Counted from the stretch's first letter, positions 6,530 through 13,520 are shown. The stretch is DNA of 33,034 nucleotides from a virus (IMGVR_UViG_3300033067_002175:1-33034), one strand, 5' to 3'. Notes: generated from the letters alone by a model not told the origin. Numbers and translations: made by a program.

Positions 6530-6689
6530 GGGGAGGGCAGGGATTTGCACCCTGCATGATTAACGTGCTTACCCAATTTGGTTTTGAAGTATTGGTAACT
6601 CCATATCTGTCCGTCAGACAGCTAGCATGCGTCAAAACATAATCTTGAAAGCGCCTGCACGAAGCGTCTACCTATTCCGCCACCTCCCC
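6530..6689 (-). ncRNA. tRNA-like element A (160 nt) with a 108-nt central insert
   Basis: GGGGAGG-TG-GCG-GAATAGGTAGA-CGC (canonical tRNA-Leu D-arm) ... CAT-GCAGGG-TGCAAAT-CCCTGC-CCTCCCC; no anticodon loop, no CCA. Confidence 0.8.
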
Positions 6690-6723
6690 ATGATGCCTAA
6701 TTGTCAAACAGCAAACCTATTTT

Positions 6724-7377
6724 TTACATTTTTTCTGCTTGTTCTTTTAACTCATTAGCCTTGGTTATCAATTCATTAGCTTTATTCATAAGCTCCTCTT
6801 TCTCTTTCGATTTGCCATTTACTTCAATTCCCGTGATATCCTTGAACACTTCAGCGTCAAAATTAGGAAGATTTAAAAACTTCTTGCGGTTATCCTAGTC
6901 TGTATCTCTCCAAAAATTAGCCCAAGCTTCTTTGTACTCATATTTTTTCAAATATCCTTCAGTAACCTCTGCCTGTGGATTTTCTTTTTTCTCTACGGCG
7001 GTCATTTCGGGCCATGAAACCCATTTGCAAAGATAAAATTCATTAAAATGCGGATGATCTATTTCATCCCATTTCTTGCTAGAATCTTTATTAAACATAC
7101 GAATAGTGCATTCAGTATTGTTAAAGATTCCAGATTGTCGATTTGCAGAGTTCCCGTAGCCAGAGTTCCCGTAGCCAGAGTTCCTGTCGCCAGAGTTCCC
7201 GTTGCCAGAGTTCCCGTAGCCAGAGTTCCCGTAGCCAGAGTTCCTGTAGCCAGAGTTCCTGTCGCCAGAGTTCCTGTCGCCAGAGTTCCTGTCGCCAGAG
7301 TTCCCGTAGCCAGAGTTCCCGTAGCCAGAGTTCCAGTAGCCAGTATTGTCATTCCCTGTGTTTGTATTTTTAGCCAT
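6724..7377 (-). CDS. Phage pentapeptide (NSGxx)-repeat protein; 217 aa if the in-frame TAG at 6897-6895 is read through, otherwise a truncated pseudogene
   Basis: Reads WANFWRDTD*DNRKKFLNLPNFDAEVFKDITGIEV...; the LPNFDAE.FK.ITGI motif after the stop is the C-terminal signature I recall for this family. Confidence 0.8.
7143..7345. repeat. 15-bp tandem repeat (GCCAGAGTTCCYGTH) encoding 12 NSG and 1 NSA pentapeptides
   Basis: Seen directly in the sequence. Confidence 0.95.
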
Positions 7378-7389
7378 GATTTTATGAGG

Positions 7390-7815
7390 TTAAGAATTAA
7401 AATCTTTTAGCTTGTTTTTATAGGTTTCAATAAGTTCTAAATAATCCGCTTCTCTAAACTGTTTTATTTCTCTTGCTCGTCGGTATAATTCTTTGATGAT
7501 ATCGTCTCCGTATTTCTCCATAAGCCTGATAGTGTAGACTGGCATATTCCCATGTTTGAAAACGTTGCATGAAACGCATTGAGTATGGTTGTTTTGTTCG
7601 TCATATCGTGTGTTTAAATGATTCCTTGGCATATAATGACCGCCTTGCATCTCACTAATGGGTTTCATGACTCCACAGGTAAAACAGATTGATAAACCGT
7701 TTTTAGAGTCTCTGGTACGGATGTAGAGGCTAAAGGCTGCGTCTGCTTCTTTTTTGAGTTTTGAGATACTTTTCTTTTTTGGTTTTTTCATGTGAATTTT
7801 TAAGAAGTTTTTCAA
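7390..7815 (-). CDS. ninG: NinG/Rap-like recombination endonuclease (likely start ATG 7791)
   Basis: FSLYIRTRD, CFTC, GHY, RYDEQN.H.QC..CN motifs. Confidence 0.85.
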   Translation of the reverse strand: MKNFLKIHMKKPKKKSISKLKKEADAAFSLYIRTRDSKNGLSICFTCGVMKPISEMQGGHYMPRNHLNTRYDEQNNHTQCVSCNVFKHGNMPVYTIRLMEKYGDDIIKELYRRAREIKQFREADYLELIETYKNKLKDFNS

Positions 7816-7948
7816 TAAAATTTATTATGTCATCAGTTCGGTCTATAAATCCTGCTTCTCCACAACAATCAGGATCATTACAACCATTCCCTTCTTCTCC
7901 TAAACCTTCAGGGAATAATTCTTTGAATTTCTTTTTCCAGTTTTTCAT
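7730..7948 (-). CDS. Small hypothetical protein
   Basis: ORF track; ATGA overlap with upstream gene. Confidence 0.6.
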   Translation of the reverse strand: MKNWKKKFKELFPEGLGEEGNGCNDPDCCGEAGFIDRTDDIINFIEKLLKNSHEKTKKEKYLKTQKRSRRSL

Positions 7949-8352
7949 AGTTCAATTTGGTTAGGATCAGGAATTAAAATCCCAAATTCGGCAGCCCATA
8001 TTTTTATTTTTTCCATCAGTTCCTCAAACTCTATAGTTGTTAGTGTGGTTGTGCTTCTTACGGTTGGCAGTTCTTCATATTTTGGCTGTAATAAAGTTTC
8101 CTTTCGCAGAAACTTCCATTTAATCGCTTCGTGCATTTCTTCGTCCGTATAGCCCATGTATTCGCAGAGAAGAGGAAGGACTACACCCCAGTAGTATCGA
8201 TTCTCTTTGTCTGATCTTTGCTTGTACCTCTTGTCAATTGTGATCATTACGTCTCCTTTGAGAGTTGAAACGTATGAGGTGAATTGTTCTCGATCTTGTA
8301 ATTTCAATTTCCCATTTTCGACTTTTCCGTAGAATTTTGGTTTTAGTTTCAT
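7945..8352 (-). CDS. NinB/DUF1367-like recombination-associated protein
   Basis: RS..ENRYYW, EEMHE, STT.L...EF....EKI..WA, IPDP motifs. Confidence 0.75.
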   Translation of the reverse strand: MKLKPKFYGKVENGKLKLQDREQFTSYVSTLKGDVMITIDKRYKQRSDKENRYYWGVVLPLLCEYMGYTDEEMHEAIKWKFLRKETLLQPKYEELPTVRSTTTLTTIEFEELMEKIKIWAAEFGILIPDPNQIEL

Positions 8353-8361
8353 AAAAAATTA

Positions 8362-9240
8362 TTATTCAGTAGGGAAAGGAGCTCCATCATCCATAACTTC
8401 ACCACCCATTGTCGAGGCGACATCTTGAGCCTTCACAAGATTCTTTCCGGATGTTTGATCGTACAAATAATCGTATTGATCTTCGCGGATGAATTCTCTC
8501 TTACCGTTAGCTTTGTCGATTGCGTACCATTCTTTACCGTTCTTTTTAGAAATTCCGCTGGCAAGTTTGTCTCCTTCTTCAAAGTTGACTTTTGCTTTTC
8601 GTGCTGTTTTCTTTTCTATCACTTCGCCTTGAACAGCTTCAGATTGTTTTTCTTCCGTTATTTCACCAGTCTGTTCATTTACTACTGGCTTTTGCCAGTT
8701 TTCAGATTCTTCATAGGTTCCAGCAAAGAGCTCCTGGAATGTCATGCGAAGTCCTTGAGCTTCAGCAACCTTTTTAATCATTGTTGCTGGCTTTTTAGCC
8801 CACAAAGATTGACCTGTTGTGTATTCCTTTAGTTCAACATAAACAAAGTTTGGTTTGCTTGAACTTTTTCGCTTTACGGCACAATAAGCACCAACCAATA
8901 CGCCCCTATCGCTCAGGCTATAATTATGCTTAGCAATGCCATCTTCAACTTTAAATTCATCTTTGGAATAAACAGCGTCCGCAACGTGATAATCATAGTC
9001 TTCATCCGATTGTGCAGATTTTCGATAACCATCACGTCCAATGAATATCGAAGCTGGATTTTGGCCATATTTTACGGCCCATATTTCACGTAAAAATGGA
9101 TTTAAACCAGTTGACTTTCCGATATTAAGAAAGATCTTAAATTCGTTCTCGTTTAAATTTGGCGCGTACAGTTTTTTTATTTCCTGTACTGAGCTTTGCT
9201 CGTTCCATAGAGCCATTGATGTGTTTTGTGATGTTGTCAT
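8362..9240 (-). CDS. bet: Phage single-strand annealing protein, Bet/RecT (Red-beta) family
   Basis: GLNPFLREIWAVKY, IFIGRDGYR, W.KKPATMIKKVAEAQGLR..F, GTYE.E; acidic PF tail. Confidence 0.88.
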   Translation of the reverse strand: MTTSQNTSMALWNEQSSVQEIKKLYAPNLNENEFKIFLNIGKSTGLNPFLREIWAVKYGQNPASIFIGRDGYRKSAQSDEDYDYHVADAVYSKDEFKVEDGIAKHNYSLSDRGVLVGAYCAVKRKSSSKPNFVYVELKEYTTGQSLWAKKPATMIKKVAEAQGLRMTFQELFAGTYEESENWQKPVVNEQTGEITEEKQSEAVQGEVIEKKTARKAKVNFEEGDKLASGISKKNGKEWYAIDKANGKREFIREDQYDYLYDQTSGKNLVKAQDVASTMGGEVMDDGAPFPTE

Positions 9241-9260
9241 GGTGGTGGGGTTAAAGGTGA

Positions 9261-9458
9261 TTAAAGTGATTGATGAAAACGAATTTCGTTTTGTTTATTG
9301 TCGGCTTTCTGGATACATTTATCGCAGTACATGAGTTGTTCTTTGAAGATGTTTTTGCAGTCCATGCAGCGGAATACTGGTTTTGGGAACTGGCTTTGCT
9401 TTGGGACTATCTGCTTGAGGGCACGGAACCTTTCAATTTTGGTGCGGATTATTTTCAT
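9261..9458 (-). CDS. Small Zn-finger protein (CMDC...CDKC)
   Basis: Two CxxC motifs; ATGA overlap. Confidence 0.65.
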   Translation of the reverse strand: MKIIRTKIERFRALKQIVPKQSQFPKPVFRCMDCKNIFKEQLMYCDKCIQKADNKQNEIRFHQSL

Positions 9459-10279
9459 GAGCGTAAATCATAAGAAGTAAATTTAAATGGCTTCATCCAG
9501 CCACGATCCATAATTCTTGAAAATAAGCGTGGTTCATGTTTTTGGATGTCTAGATTATCTAAGTTTGTCGTGATAACGGTTCTTTTTCCGTTCTCATAGC
9601 GATAATCGAAAATTGAAAACATAGCCTCTTTCACGAAGTCGGTATTCTTTTGCGTTCCATAATCATCGACAATCAGAGTGTCCACATTCTTGAATTGCCC
9701 TAAAACTTTTTTATAATCGTCTTTCGAGAAAGTTTCTTTTCGAAGTACTATTGCAAGGTCAACAGCTTTGATAAGGCAAGAATTCTCGTTTTGAGCGATA
9801 AGCTCGTTGTGCATGACTTTGGCGATATAAGTTTTTCCGCTTCCGGTATTACCGAAAACAAACGCACCCTTTTCTATCTTTTTCGTGCAAGCATCGAAGA
9901 TATAATCCAAAAACTCTTTTTGCCATTTAAATCCTTCCTTGATTGTTCCAAACCCAACAACGACATTGAGGTGTTTAGAAGGGCGGTTTTGGTATCCGCA
10001 ACATTTGTAAATGTTCTGTTCAAAGGCCTCACATTTTTCAGCTTCTACGTGCTCTTGATAGGCTTTATTTTTGCATTTATCACATTCGGAAGGCCAAAGT
10101 TCGATAATGCCTAAGTTTTCAGATTTTACCGAAAGTTTTTTAAGCTGAACTCCGCAAGCTTTACAAACTTTTGCTTCATCCTGAGCCAAAGGATTCATAC
10201 CTTCGAGAATAGGTTTGATGAAAAGAGGATTCATAACATTGCTTTTTTCGATGCTAATTTTGTTCATGTAGAGATTCAT
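9455..10279 (-). CDS. DnaC/IstB-like AAA+ helicase loader
   Basis: Walker A GNTGSGKT, Walker B LIVDDYG, IFDYRY...TVITTNL, RLFSRI; N-terminal CxxC pairs; follows the initiator gene. Confidence 0.9.
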   Translation of the reverse strand: MNLYMNKISIEKSNVMNPLFIKPILEGMNPLAQDEAKVCKACGVQLKKLSVKSENLGIIELWPSECDKCKNKAYQEHVEAEKCEAFEQNIYKCCGYQNRPSKHLNVVVGFGTIKEGFKWQKEFLDYIFDACTKKIEKGAFVFGNTGSGKTYIAKVMHNELIAQNENSCLIKAVDLAIVLRKETFSKDDYKKVLGQFKNVDTLIVDDYGTQKNTDFVKEAMFSIFDYRYENGKRTVITTNLDNLDIQKHEPRLFSRIMDRGWMKPFKFTSYDLRS

Positions 10280-10985
10280 ATTGTTCTTTGGTTAAGGCTT
10301 GTACGATTTGACGGTTACCGTCTGTTTGAGTTGTTTTTTGTTCAAGGTTCAATCCTTTCTCGATTTGCTCATCGCTCCGGATAATAAAATCTATGTCGGC
10401 TTTCCAGTTCCTATCGTTGTCACCACGATGGAAAGGGGATGTAGAGAAGTTCTCAATAGCTTGTTTGACCTTCTCAAGTCCGAAACTCTCCAGCCTAGAT
10501 TTGATTTGAGATTTACGTTTTTCAGTTAGGGACAATATTTTAGTTCCAAAATGTTTTTCATACTCTTCAACAACCTGTTCTATTTCTTTTTTACTTCCTT
10601 TCTCTTCTCTTCCTTTCTCTTCTCTTTTAGTAGCCGAGGAGTCGGGGAGGAGTCGGGGAGGAGTCGGGGAATCTTTGAATATCTGGCTTAGGTTAGACTC
10701 TTTTGGCTTCTCTATTTTTTGGTGCTTTAGAAAGTTTTTGATCCAGATGATGTTTGACTTCACCTCAACTCTTCCAACTCGTACTAATTCATCTATCAAA
10801 GGTTCAATTTTTAGGTTGTCGTAGGGAAAACATTTAGCTTTTATCCATTTAATTCTGTACTCCAGGTATCCTTCATCGTCTGCGAAGTTCCAAAGAGCGA
10901 TGAATAGTAGACGACTAGTCGGGGAACATTCCCCGATTTTATCGTCTTCCCAGAATTCTGGTTTAATCATTCTATTTCTAGCCAT
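10254..10985 (-). CDS. Phage replication initiator (lambda O / replisome-organizer-like)
   Basis: MARNRMIKPEFW..D, LLFIALWNFADDEG, C-terminal G.N.R.WKADIDF; internal iterons. Confidence 0.85.
   Translation of the reverse strand: MARNRMIKPEFWEDDKIGECSPTSRLLFIALWNFADDEGYLEYRIKWIKAKCFPYDNLKIEPLIDELVRVGRVEVKSNIIWIKNFLKHQKIEKPKESNLSQIFKDSPTPPRLLPDSSATKREEKGREEKGSKKEIEQVVEEYEKHFGTKILSLTEKRKSQIKSRLESFGLEKVKQAIENFSTSPFHRGDNDRNWKADIDFIIRSDEQIEKGLNLEQKTTQTDGNRQIVQALTKEQYESLHEQN
10595..10670. repeat. Putative replication origin: 3 x 11-bp iterons GGAGTCGGGGA (10638-10670) beside 2 x TTCCTTTCTCTTCTC
   Basis: Perfect tandem repeats inside the initiator gene, a lambdoid origin layout. Confidence 0.75.
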
Positions 10986-10987
10986 AT

Positions 10988-11122
10988 TTATTTTTTAGGT
11001 ATTGTTTTTACTATTTTTTCGATATGGAACCTTCCAAATATCTTGAGAGTGTGTTCAACATCGTAATCTTTTCTTTCTTCTATCCGTGTATATATTTCAG
11101 GTTGTGTGTTTTTGTTTTTCAT
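10988..11122 (-). CDS. Small hypothetical protein, 44 aa
   Basis: Translated by hand; stop lies 2 nt before the initiator ATG. Confidence 0.5.
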   Translation of the reverse strand: MKNKNTQPEIYTRIEERKDYDVEHTLKIFGRFHIEKIVKTIPKK

Positions 11123-11140
11123 ATTTTTTTGTTTTAAGGG

Positions 11141-11242
11141 TTATTTTTGAAGCAAAAATGTTAAAGCTTGAAAGAAGATTAATCCCGCAAGTCCGAAGCT
11201 TATAAGACCCGCAAGATGAGCGACAAAAGATAATGTTTTCAT
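11141..11242 (-). CDS. 33-aa single-TM peptide (MKTLSFVAHLAGLISFGLAGLIFFQALTFLLQK)
   Basis: Translated by hand; CCACCATCACC-ATG context shared with other early genes. Confidence 0.6.
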   Translation of the reverse strand: MKTLSFVAHLAGLISFGLAGLIFFQALTFLLQK

Positions 11243-11254
11243 GGTGATGGTGGG

Positions 11255-11506
11255 TTAGATTTTGGAAGTATGAATAGTGATATGATTGTTTGATAATGAG
11301 TTCCCTTCCTCCATATAACCGTTCATAAGCAATTTACGAAGGAGCTTATTCATGGCATAGCTTTTATTTATTCCTCTAAAAGTTTTTTTAAGTGTCACTA
11401 AATAATGCCCAAAAGCTTCTTGAACATCACGGTGTAAAACGTAGGTAATAGGGCTTGAATTATCCCTTGTTAATTGTGGTTCCCCATGTATAATTTTTTC
11501 AGACAT
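11255..11506 (-). CDS. First early gene, possible ribbon-helix-helix/Cro-position regulator (start ATG 11506)
   Basis: ITYVL strand followed by two helices (NKSYAMNKLLRKLL); first gene of the leftward operon. Confidence 0.5.
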   Translation of the reverse strand: MSEKIIHGEPQLTRDNSSPITYVLHRDVQEAFGHYLVTLKKTFRGINKSYAMNKLLRKLLMNGYMEEGNSLSNNHITIHTSKI

Positions 11507-11642
11507 AAAAAAAGAGTTAAAAGATTGAATTGTTATCAATCAATTTGACTCTTTAGATGCTTATGTTCTGCGGTAGTGGTTTAGTGGTAGTTGAACTACT
11601 ATCGTACCTGAGAACTTTTGCAGAAAGATGCAAACTGATTGA
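11507..11642 (-). promoter_or_regulatory. Structured 5' leader of the early operon with two mutually exclusive hairpins
   Basis: TCAATCAGTTTG/CAAATTGATTGA, TCTTT/AAAGA, GTTCT/AGAAC, GGTA/TACC; alternative AAAGAGT/ACTCTTT plus U-run directly before the ATG. Confidence 0.55.
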
Positions 11643-11651
11643 CCTGACTCA

Positions 11652-11680
11652 ATATTACACGATATAAAATAAAAAGTAAA
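11652..11680 (-). promoter_or_regulatory. Leftward (early) promoter TTTACT-17-TAATAT
   Basis: -35 at 11680-11675, -10 at 11657-11652; predicted start falls at the base of the leader hairpin. Confidence 0.55.
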
Positions 11681-11698
11681 TAGAATTTTACAAAAAAT

Positions 11699-11728
11699 TT
11701 GACAAATGGAAGGTTGTGCCTTTATCAT
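11699..11728 (+). promoter_or_regulatory. Recombinase promoter TTGACA-18-TATCAT
   Basis: Perfect -35 box, back-to-back with the leftward promoter. Confidence 0.6.
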
Positions 11729-11750
11729 CCCGACCTTTCATTTTTAATTT

Positions 11751-12671
11751 ATGTTTTTAAAAGAGGCTATTGATAGATTTGTATTTCACTTCCAAATTGA
11801 GAAAAATCCAGCACCCAGAACAATGATAAATTATAAATTATCGCTTAAGAGATTTTTTAATTTCATTGGAGATATTAATGTGGAGCAGATATCTTTTTTC
11901 CAGATTCAAGATTTTCGTCAGCATCTTTTTGAATGGAAAAAAGATAATGGAGATAAACTTACAGTAAAGACTCAAAATCACTACATGATTTTTATCAGAA
12001 ATTTTTTAAAATATTGTTTGGCTCAGGGATTGAATGTGGTAAATCCCGAAAGAATAGTTTTAGCAAAAGTACCGGAAAGAAAAGTTGATGTGATTGAATT
12101 AGATCAATTTAAAACGCTTTTTGACCAAATTAAGGGGAAAGGTATCAGAGCATATAGAAATAGGGCTATAGTGCAAATGTTGTGCTCTACAGGGCTTCGT
12201 ATATCTGAGTTGGCATCCTTAAATAGGAATGATATTGATTTTAATAGAAAAGAGTTGCCGGTTATTGGAAAGGGGAGAAAACTTAGATTAGTATTTTTGT
12301 CTGAAGTGGCATTGTTTTATCTAAAAGAATATTTAGATCAAAGAACTGATGATTTTCCGGCTTTATTTATTAATTATAAAGCTTATAGAATTTATAAAAA
12401 TAATCCGGAAAAAAGACGCATTCATCCAGCAGCTTGTCAAAGAATGGTTAAAGGATATGCAATAAAGGCAGGAATAAACATTAAAGTAACTCCTCATGTT
12501 TTGCGTCATTTTTTTGCGACTGAATCATACTCAAATGGAGCTGATATTCGATCTGTACAAAAACTTTTAGGACATTCAAATATTAATACTACAACGATTT
12601 ATACTCATGTAAAAAATAGTCGCCTTAAGGAAATACATGAGAAGTTTTCGCCTCAATATCGGCCTTCATAG
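11751..12671 (+). CDS. Tyrosine recombinase/integrase, XerC/D/A-like
   Basis: TGLRISEL (R), IGKG (K), HVLRH, LLGH, TTIYTH (Y); SAM-like N-terminus. Confidence 0.95.
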   Translation: MFLKEAIDRFVFHFQIEKNPAPRTMINYKLSLKRFFNFIGDINVEQISFFQIQDFRQHLFEWKKDNGDKLTVKTQNHYMIFIRNFLKYCLAQGLNVVNPERIVLAKVPERKVDVIELDQFKTLFDQIKGKGIRAYRNRAIVQMLCSTGLRISELASLNRNDIDFNRKELPVIGKGRKLRLVFLSEVALFYLKEYLDQRTDDFPALFINYKAYRIYKNNPEKRRIHPAACQRMVKGYAIKAGINIKVTPHVLRHFFATESYSNGADIRSVQKLLGHSNINTTTIYTHVKNSRLKEIHEKFSPQYRPS

Positions 12672-12684
12672 TAGCAATTCTACC

Positions 12685-12714
12685 AAAGGCATTCATTACA
12701 GGGTGTCTTTTTTT
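12685..12714 (+). terminator. Intrinsic terminator after the recombinase
   Basis: GGCATTC-ATTACA-GGGTGTC (G-U rich) followed by T7. Confidence 0.55.
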
Positions 12715-12735
12715 GTGATCAATTTCCAATGCTGA

Positions 12736-12762
12736 TTGATATTGGTTGATATTGGTTGATAT
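12736..12762. repeat. 10-bp tandem repeats TTGATATTGG x2 plus TTGATAT
   Basis: Seen directly; immediately upstream of a -35 box. Confidence 0.8.
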
Positions 12763-12773
12763 GATATTTTGGC

Positions 12774-12802
12774 TTGCATAAGCCATTTTTTAGGTATATG
12801 CT
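12774..12802 (+). promoter_or_regulatory. Rightward (late-arm) promoter TTGCAT-17-TATGCT
   Basis: Consensus-like boxes between the recombinase terminator and the first right-arm gene. Confidence 0.5.
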
Positions 12803-12841
12803 TTAGGAGCAATAAATATTTGCTTTTGGTGGATAGTGGTT

Positions 12842-12865
12842 GGGCGGTCTGATGGTGGGCCGCCC
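12842..12865 (+). promoter_or_regulatory. GC-rich leader hairpin
   Basis: GGGCGGTCT-GATGGT-GGGCCGCCC with no long U-tract. Confidence 0.5.
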
Positions 12866-12882
12866 TTCGATAAAAATAATTT

Positions 12883-13230
12883 ATGAAGATTTTTAAAAAT
12901 TTAATTATACAAATAACTCGTATTGGCGATCTTTTGAAGGATTTGAAAGAAGTTTTAGAAAAAGTAACCTCAAAAATAGGTGAACATGACCAAATTTTGA
13001 AATTTTATACAGGGGGAACTTGGGATTCTAGTATTTCTTTCAATGGTGTGGCATTAGAAATAGATTATAGAGATGAAGAGATTTATACCAAAAATAAAAT
13101 GGTAAAATGTTTACTTATAAAATCATCAGGAATTATTGAAAATAAATATACTAGAGAAAAGAATCTAAAATCAGAAGAGTTAGAGTATTTTAAAAAGTTT
13201 GGTTTTGTTTTAGTTGATACTAATAAATAA
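12883..13230 (+). CDS. Hypothetical protein
   Basis: ORF track. Confidence 0.7.
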   Translation: MKIFKNLIIQITRIGDLLKDLKEVLEKVTSKIGEHDQILKFYTGGTWDSSISFNGVALEIDYRDEEIYTKNKMVKCLLIKSSGIIENKYTREKNLKSEELEYFKKFGFVLVDTNK

Positions 13231-13233
13231 TTT

Positions 13234-13347
13234 ATGACTAGAGTAACAATAAAATCTTTACAAGAAGAAATCTGTAAAAACTGTGGAGAAGAAATGCCCT
13301 GTTCTAACTGTTACGAATATCCTCCCCATGACAAATCTAATAATTAA
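13234..13347 (+). CDS. 37-aa Zn-finger mini-protein (CKNC...CSNC)
   Basis: Translated by hand; TTTATG start 3 nt after the previous stop. Confidence 0.5.
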   Translation: MTRVTIKSLQEEICKNCGEEMPCSNCYEYPPHDKSNN

Positions 13348-13352
13348 GCTGA

Positions 13353-13520
13353 ATGTTCATAAAACTGACAAATTATCCTCATAAAACTATTTTCCCAGAG
13401 CCTAATCGTTGGAAGATTGTACTAAGAATATGTAAAGAGAAGAAATGGCATATAAATGCTAAGATTAATGAGTATTTGAATCAACTTATCCTTGAAAACC
13501 CAATAGATGAACCCAAATAA
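13353..13520 (+). CDS. 55-aa protein, possible ribbon-helix-helix regulator
   Basis: Translated by hand: HKTIFP...WKIVLRICKEKKWHINAKINEYLNQLI. Confidence 0.45.
   Translation: MFIKLTNYPHKTIFPEPNRWKIVLRICKEKKWHINAKINEYLNQLILENPIDEPK

Noticed and set aside
6239-6635. ORFs 6239-6460 (+) and 6387-6635 (-)
   Set aside because: Non-ATG starts, atypical composition and overlap with well-supported RNA structures
6026-6689. Canonical or intron-containing tRNA-Leu genes
   Set aside because: No 7-nt anticodon loop with U33 can be restored by simple excision in A or B; inserts are too short for group I/II introns; no bulge-helix-bulge seen; T-stems are over-long and there is no CCA
7143-7345. CRISPR array
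   Set aside because: Contiguous 15-bp coding repeats with no spacers; no cas genes in the window
7048-7410. ORFs with PVARV, LATGT and SSRSQ repeats
   Set aside because: Shadow frames of the 15-bp repeat in the NSGxx pentapeptide gene
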